Positions 25,258 through 31,798 of a stretch of 31,798 bases of DNA are shown one piece after another (the first letter of the stretch is position 1; the number at the start of each line of letters is the position of its first letter). The notes under the pieces are model-generated. The model was given only the letters and a program-made list of their open reading frames with translations, searched no databases and was not told where the DNA came from. Both the position numbers and the translations under genes were made by a program. Source of the stretch: a bacterium (GTDB lineage: Bacteria; Oederibacteriota; PGYV01; Palsa-1178); assembly GCA_037138355.1 (NCBI GenBank), contig JBAXIL010000017.1:1-31798 (forward strand). Direction: 5' to 3'.

Positions 25258-26004
25258 TTATTTAATCTTCCCCTGATTAGCCACGGCTTCCATTGCTTTT
25301 TTTACTTCTTCTGGGTCCCCAAGATAATAGCTTTTAACTACTTTTAAATTATCATCAAGTTCATATATAAGTGGTAACCCCGTTGGTATATTAAGTTCCG
25401 TGATAACATTATCCGCAACCTTATCCAGATATTTTACAAGCGCCCGAAGTGAATTGCCATGAGCCGCAATCATAACCGTCTTGCCTGCTTGCAAATACGG
25501 AACTATATTTTTTTCATAAAATGGCATCACCCTGTTAACAGTATCCTTAAGACATTCACTTGAGGGAAGTTGTTCAGATTTTAAATCTTTGTATTTTTCT
25601 TCTTTGGAAGGATGCCTCTCATCATTTAATTCAAGTGCTGGTGGTCTAACATCATAACTCCTACGCCATATCTTTACCTGTGCCTCGCCATATTTTTCAG
25701 CCATTTCTGACTTATTTAGTCCTTGTAAAGCCCCATAATGCCTTTCATTTAACTCCCACGCACGAATAACCGGTACCCACATTAAATCCATTACATCCTG
25801 GGCTATATTTAAAGTCATTATAGCCCGTCTTAAACGCGAAGTAAAAGCTATATCAAATTTTATACTGTGTTTTTTTAAGTATTTGCCAGCCGTATTGGCT
25901 TCTTGCAGTCCTTTTTCTGATAAATCCACATCTGTCCAACCAGTAAACCTATTTTCTTTGTTCCATGTGGACTCACCGTGCCTAAGAAGTATTAATGTAC
26001 GCAT
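25258..26004 (-). CDS. gpmA: 2,3-bisphosphoglycerate-dependent phosphoglycerate mutase
   Basis: [52 protein letters not shown]. Confidence 0.97.
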   Translation of the reverse strand: MRTLILLRHGESTWNKENRFTGWTDVDLSEKGLQEANTAGKYLKKHSIKFDIAFTSRLRRAIMTLNIAQDVMDLMWVPVIRAWELNERHYGALQGLNKSEMAEKYGEAQVKIWRRSYDVRPPALELNDERHPSKEEKYKDLKSEQLPSSECLKDTVNRVMPFYEKNIVPYLQAGKTVMIAAHGNSLRALVKYLDKVADNVITELNIPTGLPLIYELDDNLKVVKSYYLGDPEEVKKAMEAVANQGKIK

Positions 26005-26107
26005 TAAATCCCTCCGACTTATTTATGACTATAACCACTTCTTCTATCATTATAATTATATCATAAAACAAGTCTATCCCCATGCAACATTTTCACGAAG
26101 AGCATAG

Positions 26108-27136
26108 CTATTTATCAAATAACTTCAAATATTTTTGATACCCTTCCTTTTCCATATCTTCTTTCGGAATAAATTTAAGTGAAGCTGAGTTAATACAATA
26201 ACGCAGCCCTTCTGGTTTAGGACCATCATTAAACACATGTCCCAAATGTGATTTGCCGTTTTTACTTTCTACTTCCACACGAACCATAAAAAGACTTTTA
26301 TCTTTATGTTCTGTAACACTGTCCTTATTTATTGGTTTTGTAAAAGAAGGCCAGCCAGTACCAGAGTCAAATTTATCAGTCGATAAGAACAAAGCCTCTC
26401 CAGAAACAATATCCACATAAATTCCTTCTTTATGATTATCCCAATATTCATTTTTAAATGCTGGTTCCGTGCCTTCTTCTTGTGTGACATGATACTGTAT
26501 GGAAGTTAATTTTTCTTTCAAGCCCTTATCTCTTGTTTTTTTCCAAATATTGTTTAAGTATTCTTCTCTTCCAGAACCTTTTTTATACATCAAATAATGT
26601 GAAGCATTTGTTTTATAATAATCCTGATGATATGCCTCTGCTTCATAAAACTCTCCTGCCTTTCTTATGGCAGTCACTATAGGTTTATCAAACTTACCAG
26701 AATCTTGTAATAATTGTTTTGATTTTTTTGCTATCATATTTTGTTCTTCATCAGTATAAAAAATGCCAGTATAATACTGACTCCCTCTATCCACAAACTG
26801 ACCACCTGTGTCAGTTGGATCTATTTGCCGCCAAAAAATATCAAGTAATTGCTCATATGAAACCACTTTAGGATCATAAATTACTTTTATTGCTTCCACA
26901 TGTCCTGTGTTACCTGAAGATACCTCTTCATAAGTTGGATTTTTTGTATTTCCTCCGGTATAACCTGCTTTAACATCTATTACACCTTTTTCAACTTCAA
27001 AAGGCCCTTCCATACACCAAAAACATCCACCTGCAAATACCGCTGTTTTAGACATAATAATACCTCCATCCTTTGCATTTGCTACTGATAAGCTCAATAA
27101 AATCAGCACTATCAGCACAATATTTATTTTATTAAT
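26108..27136 (-). CDS. msrAB: Bifunctional methionine sulfoxide reductase MsrA-MsrB with signal peptide; start ambiguous (ATT 27136, GTG 27118 or internal ATG 27055)
   Basis: [47 protein letters not shown]. Confidence 0.93.
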   Translation of the reverse strand: MNKINIVLIVLILLSLSVANAKDGGIIMSKTAVFAGGCFWCMEGPFEVEKGVIDVKAGYTGGNTKNPTYEEVSSGNTGHVEAIKVIYDPKVVSYEQLLDIFWRQIDPTDTGGQFVDRGSQYYTGIFYTDEEQNMIAKKSKQLLQDSGKFDKPIVTAIRKAGEFYEAEAYHQDYYKTNASHYLMYKKGSGREEYLNNIWKKTRDKGLKEKLTSIQYHVTQEEGTEPAFKNEYWDNHKEGIYVDIVSGEALFLSTDKFDSGTGWPSFTKPINKDSVTEHKDKSLFMVRVEVESKNGKSHLGHVFNDGPKPEGLRYCINSASLKFIPKEDMEKEGYQKYLKLFDK

Positions 27137-27168
27137 AAAAATCTCCTTTTTATCACTACTTTTGTGAT

Positions 27169-27197
27169 ATTATACCATATTTTTTTCAAGAAATCAA
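27169..27197 (-). promoter_or_regulatory. sigma70 promoter of msrAB (extended -10)
   Basis: TTGATT, 17-nt spacer ending TGG, TATAAT. Confidence 0.7.
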
Positions 27198-27237
27198 GTT
27201 TTGGGAAATGTATGTGTAAAATCATACTCTATATAAT

Positions 27238-27271
27238 AAAAAAACCGCGGCATGAAACCCGCGGTTTTTTT
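27238..27271 (-). terminator. Intrinsic terminator after gpmI (symmetric, could act both ways)
   Basis: A7-CCGCGG-8 nt loop-CCGCGG-T7. Confidence 0.9.
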
Positions 27272-27282
27272 ATTTAAAATAT

Positions 27283-28833
27283 TTATTTTATTATAAGACT
27301 TTCGGCTGTTGCTTCTTTTGGTTTTGATATTTCAAGTAAATCAAGTACTGTAGCACCTATATCAGACAGCACACCATGCGGCCTCATTTTAACTTTTTCT
27401 GCATCTGCGGCAATGTAAATACACTCAACTGGATAAGTAGTATGTGCTGTTCTCGGAGCCCCAGTTTTTGCATCTGCCATTTCTTCAGCATTTCCATGGT
27501 CAGCGGAAACTAATATCACATAACCAGCCTTTAAAGCAGCTTCTACAACAGCCCCAGTGCATTCATCCACAACTTCCACTGCCTTTACTGTTGCCTCAAA
27601 ATTTCCTGTATGCCCAACCATATCACAGTTTGCAAAGTTTAAAGTAATGAAATCATATTTGCCAGATTTTATTTCTTCTATCGCTCTGTCTTTTACCTGA
27701 TATGCTTCCATTTCTGGATGTTCTGCAAATGAAGCTGGATCAAAACGACCTTTTAATTCGAGTCTATCTTCCCCTTTATATGGTTCCAACATTTTGCCAT
27801 TAAAAAAAGAAGTAACATGTTTAAATTTTTGCGTTTCAGTAATACGCAGTTGCTTCATTCCTTTTTTTGATACTTCTTCACCAACTAAGTTAACCATATC
27901 TCCACCTTCATCAAGAGGTGGAAGCACATTATATTTAAAAGCGTCATAATATCTGGTTAGACCACAATATGCTATATCAAGTTTTTTCCAACGATTACCA
28001 AGATACACCTCATCCACGAAAGCATTTGTAAGTTGTATGGCTCTATCCTGACGGTAGTTTATGTGTATAACACCTTCGCCATCTTTTATGCCTGGAAAAT
28101 TTCCTATTACTGTAGGCAATATATATTCATCCGTCATTTCATCACCATTTGACAACTTATCATTCTTATAACTTTCTTCTATGGCTTCTCTTGCTGTGTT
28201 TGCCTTTTTACCCTCACACTTTGTCATGCAATTATATGCCTTGTCTATCAAGCTCCAGTTTTTTCCGCGGTCCATGGCATAATATCTTCCCATCACCGTT
28301 CCCACTGTTCCAAGACCGTATTCTTTAAATTTTGCTTCAAGCATATCAAGATATGTAAGAGCGCTTTTAGGATAAGTATCACGACCGTCAGCAAAAAAAT
28401 GTACATAAACTTTGGCTATTTTCTGCGCTGCTGCTTCTTTAATAATGGCATACAAATGTTCTTGATGTGCATGAACACCCTCGTCTTGAATAAGCCCCAT
28501 GATATGAAGTGTACCACTTTTTTTTGCTGCTTCAAAAGCGCGTTTCATATTTGGATTTCCAAATACTTCGCCTGCTTCTATGGCTTCATTAATACGAACA
28601 ACTTCCTGCTTTACTATGCGCGCTGCACCCATATTTAAATGACCAACTTCCGACGAACCCTGATACCCCTTAGGCACACCTACTGATAAACCAGAAGCCT
28701 CAAGAACAGAAGTAGGATATTTCTTTAAATAAGCATCTGTATTGGGTTTTTTTGCTTTTTTTACCGCATTATATGGAGAATCAGGACCTATGCCCCAGCC
28801 ATCTCTAATTATTAATATAACTTTTTTTGCCAT
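27283..28833 (-). CDS. gpmI: 2,3-bisphosphoglycerate-independent phosphoglycerate mutase
   Basis: DGWG, GSSEVGH, DGRD, GRYYAMDR, NFANCDMVGHTG, ADHGNAE, HT; ATG 28833 behind GGAGG. Confidence 0.96.
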   Translation of the reverse strand: MAKKVILIIRDGWGIGPDSPYNAVKKAKKPNTDAYLKKYPTSVLEASGLSVGVPKGYQGSSEVGHLNMGAARIVKQEVVRINEAIEAGEVFGNPNMKRAFEAAKKSGTLHIMGLIQDEGVHAHQEHLYAIIKEAAAQKIAKVYVHFFADGRDTYPKSALTYLDMLEAKFKEYGLGTVGTVMGRYYAMDRGKNWSLIDKAYNCMTKCEGKKANTAREAIEESYKNDKLSNGDEMTDEYILPTVIGNFPGIKDGEGVIHINYRQDRAIQLTNAFVDEVYLGNRWKKLDIAYCGLTRYYDAFKYNVLPPLDEGGDMVNLVGEEVSKKGMKQLRITETQKFKHVTSFFNGKMLEPYKGEDRLELKGRFDPASFAEHPEMEAYQVKDRAIEEIKSGKYDFITLNFANCDMVGHTGNFEATVKAVEVVDECTGAVVEAALKAGYVILVSADHGNAEEMADAKTGAPRTAHTTYPVECIYIAADAEKVKMRPHGVLSDIGATVLDLLEISKPKEATAESLIIK

Positions 28834-28867
28834 AAAAAACCTCCATTTATAATTTAACAACCTGCCT

Positions 28868-28896
28868 ATATTACAACAAATAAAGACAATGGTAAA
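28868..28896 (-). promoter_or_regulatory. Putative promoter of gpmI (near-identical to the eno promoter)
   Basis: TTTACC, 17-nt spacer, TAATAT; 26 of 29 nt identical to 30300-30328. Confidence 0.7.
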
Positions 28897-28897
28897 T

Positions 28898-28930
28898 AAA
28901 AAAAGGCCGCCCTTATACAGGCGGCCTTTT
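28898..28930 (-). terminator. Intrinsic terminator after eno
   Basis: Minus strand AAAAGGCCGCC-TGTATAAG-GGCGGCC-TTTTTTT. Confidence 0.9.
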
Positions 28931-28944
28931 ACAAAACTAATATT

Positions 28945-30261
<1,317 letters not shown>

Positions 30262-30299
30262 TTAAATAATTATTAGTTCAAGATAAAACAACGAAAACC

Positions 30300-30328
30300 A
30301 TATTACAACAAATAAAAGCAAAGGTAAA
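30300..30328 (-). promoter_or_regulatory. Putative promoter of eno
   Basis: TTTACC, 17-nt spacer, TAATAT; near-duplicate of 28868-28896. Confidence 0.7.
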
Positions 30329-30445
30329 GTAATTTTTAGATTATCACACTGCGCCTTTTATCAGTAGGGCTCGACTTATGCTTTATGCTTGAAAATAAGG
30401 GTATTTTTTGTTTTAATGACCATATTAGTTACTAAAGGAGGAATC

Positions 30446-31219
30446 GTGATAAAAAAAATTTATTTGATTGCTCTGCTGTTGATTATCTCTTCGCTTCCTG
30501 TTTCTGCCTTTGTTGTTAATGGAGCCATATATACAACAACACTCACCAAGTATCTCTGGCGCGGTATTGCTATAAACGATGGACCAGCAATACAATCTGG
30601 CCTTATTTTAGGAGCTGATGGTATTACATTACAGTTATGGACTTCGTGTCAGCAGAAAATAAGCCCCGATTTATTTGATGAGATAGATTTATATGCCAAC
30701 TATGAACACTCCATCCCCTATGCTGATTTTTTAACTGTGAGTATTGGCTATGCCTCCTATATGGAAGCCCCTTTCCACTATCCAAATATAATACCCTTAC
30801 AAGAAATAAATTTAACATTAAAATCTGATATTATTTCAAGTCCTTATCTTACTTGGTATCACAGTATAGACGCTTTCACTATTAATAATTTTTTAGAAGG
30901 CGGAGTGTCATACGAGTACGAGATTGGTAAATTGTCAGGGGGAGAAACTATAATCGGTATTGCAGGCACTTTGGGATATAATTTAACATTAAACAATGTT
31001 TTACCAAAAGGAAAATATAGCATTGGATTTACTGTGGCTGGATTGAATTTTTACTCTAATTATTATATTTCTTCTTTCACTATAACACCATCTGTTTTAT
31101 TTCAATTAGGACTTAACAATGAAAAAAATATTGACGGCTCAAAAATTTATAAAAATTATGCTACTGCCTCTATTTTAGTTAACTATAGTTTTAATATAGG
31201 GACAGAAACTATCCAATAA
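30446..31219 (+). CDS. Outer-membrane beta-barrel protein, TorF/Gcw_chp-like putative porin
   Basis: GTG 30446 behind AAGGAGG, signal peptide, TKYLWRG...PAIQ, EIDLYANY, terminal strand ILVNYSF. Confidence 0.65.
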   Translation: MIKKIYLIALLLIISSLPVSAFVVNGAIYTTTLTKYLWRGIAINDGPAIQSGLILGADGITLQLWTSCQQKISPDLFDEIDLYANYEHSIPYADFLTVSIGYASYMEAPFHYPNIIPLQEINLTLKSDIISSPYLTWYHSIDAFTINNFLEGGVSYEYEIGKLSGGETIIGIAGTLGYNLTLNNVLPKGKYSIGFTVAGLNFYSNYYISSFTITPSVLFQLGLNNEKNIDGSKIYKNYATASILVNYSFNIGTETIQ

Positions 31220-31243
31220 AATATAACATTAACTATTATTAAA

Positions 31244-31798
31244 TTACTGAACTACAACTTTTGCTATAGGTGATTTTGCTTCTTTGCCTGCACTATCTGT
31301 TATTATTATCACATAATAATATACGCCTCTTGACAGTTTTTGGAAACACACCCCATCAACAAGAACTGAACACTTGCTACCCTGTGAATAGGTGGAAGTG
31401 TTTTCAGCTTTTCTAATCAATCTACCCATGCTTGTATATATTTTAAAAACTGTTTTTGATATTGGTTTTGTCACCACAAACTCTATATACCTGCCTGGTG
31501 TTGTACCAGGTGTTGGATTTGGATTAGGGTAAATAAGAACTACTGGCGTCCTTGTGTCTACTGGGACAAAAAAGGCCACAGTCATAGCTGGCGTTGGAAC
31601 TACTGGTGTATTCGTAATCATAGTGTTTGTATATGTTGCTGTAAAAGTATTTGTTGGTGTGAGTGTAAATGTATTAGTAGAAACTACTGGTACTGTATTT
31701 GTTGGTGTGAATGTAAATGTATTTGTAGAACCTATTGGTAGTGTATTTGTTTTTGTTGCTGTAAATGTATTTGTTGAACCTATCGGTGGTGTATTTGT
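31244..31798 (-). CDS. 3' end of a secreted protein with Thr/Pro-rich repeats and a T9SS type-A-like C-terminal domain (start outside the window)
   Basis: Frame open to the window edge; TNTxPxxSTNTFTxTx repeats, then IYPNP...FKIYTSMGRLIR...LSRGVYYYVI. Confidence 0.85.
   Translation of the reverse strand, partial: TNTPPIGSTNTFTATKTNTLPIGSTNTFTFTPTNTVPVVSTNTFTLTPTNTFTATYTNTMITNTPVVPTPAMTVAFFVPVDTRTPVVLIYPNPNPTPGTTPGRYIEFVVTKPISKTVFKIYTSMGRLIRKAENTSTYSQGSKCSVLVDGVCFQKLSRGVYYYVIIITDSAGKEAKSPIAKVVVQ
31622..31798 (-). repeat. Imperfect 48-bp (16-aa) coding tandem repeats
   Basis: TNTPPIGSTNTFTATK / TNTLPIGSTNTFTFTP / TNTVPVVSTNTFTLTP / TNTFTATY. Confidence 0.85.

Overview
AT-rich bacterial chromosomal window, mostly housekeeping genes on the minus strand. 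It holds a tRNA operon (Pro-TGG, Arg-CCG, His-GTG, Arg-TCT, Lys-CTT, plus a second Lys-CTT copy interrupted in its D-loop) and a GalK-like/mtaB/HIT/m5U-methyltransferase/menA-like run. An orphan LivK-like binding protein is divergent from a TPR-penicillin-binding-protein fusion. The yicC-remA-gmk-rpoZ-coaBC operon is extended by an S8 protease with a T9SS/FlgD-like C-terminal domain, a PorV/UPF0164-like beta-barrel and a GT2. The rest comprises ugd, truB, a nitroreductase, gltX, an M23 peptidase-bactofilin pair, xth, gpmA, msrAB, gpmI, eno, a TorF-like outer-membrane protein and the 3' end of a Thr/Pro-repeat CTD protein. The content suggests a diderm non-Bacteroidota lineage, possibly a candidate phylum such as Goldbacteria (inference only). 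The most unusual signals: (1) a structured 79-nt insertion in the D-loop of a duplicated tRNA-Lys; (2) coaBC broken by a -1 frameshift on an A10 run exactly at the CoaC/CoaB linker; (3) three tandem hairpin repeats upstream of yicC that duplicate its ribosome-binding site and form a chain of coupled mini-ORFs; (4) a galactokinase homolog that has lost its catalytic motifs; (5) the TPR-PBP fusion with its divergent partner; (6) msrAB with two apparent starts (exported and cytoplasmic); (7) a near-identical promoter in front of both eno and gpmI. No transposase, integrase, cas gene or CRISPR array is visible. All calls are by eye, without database searches.
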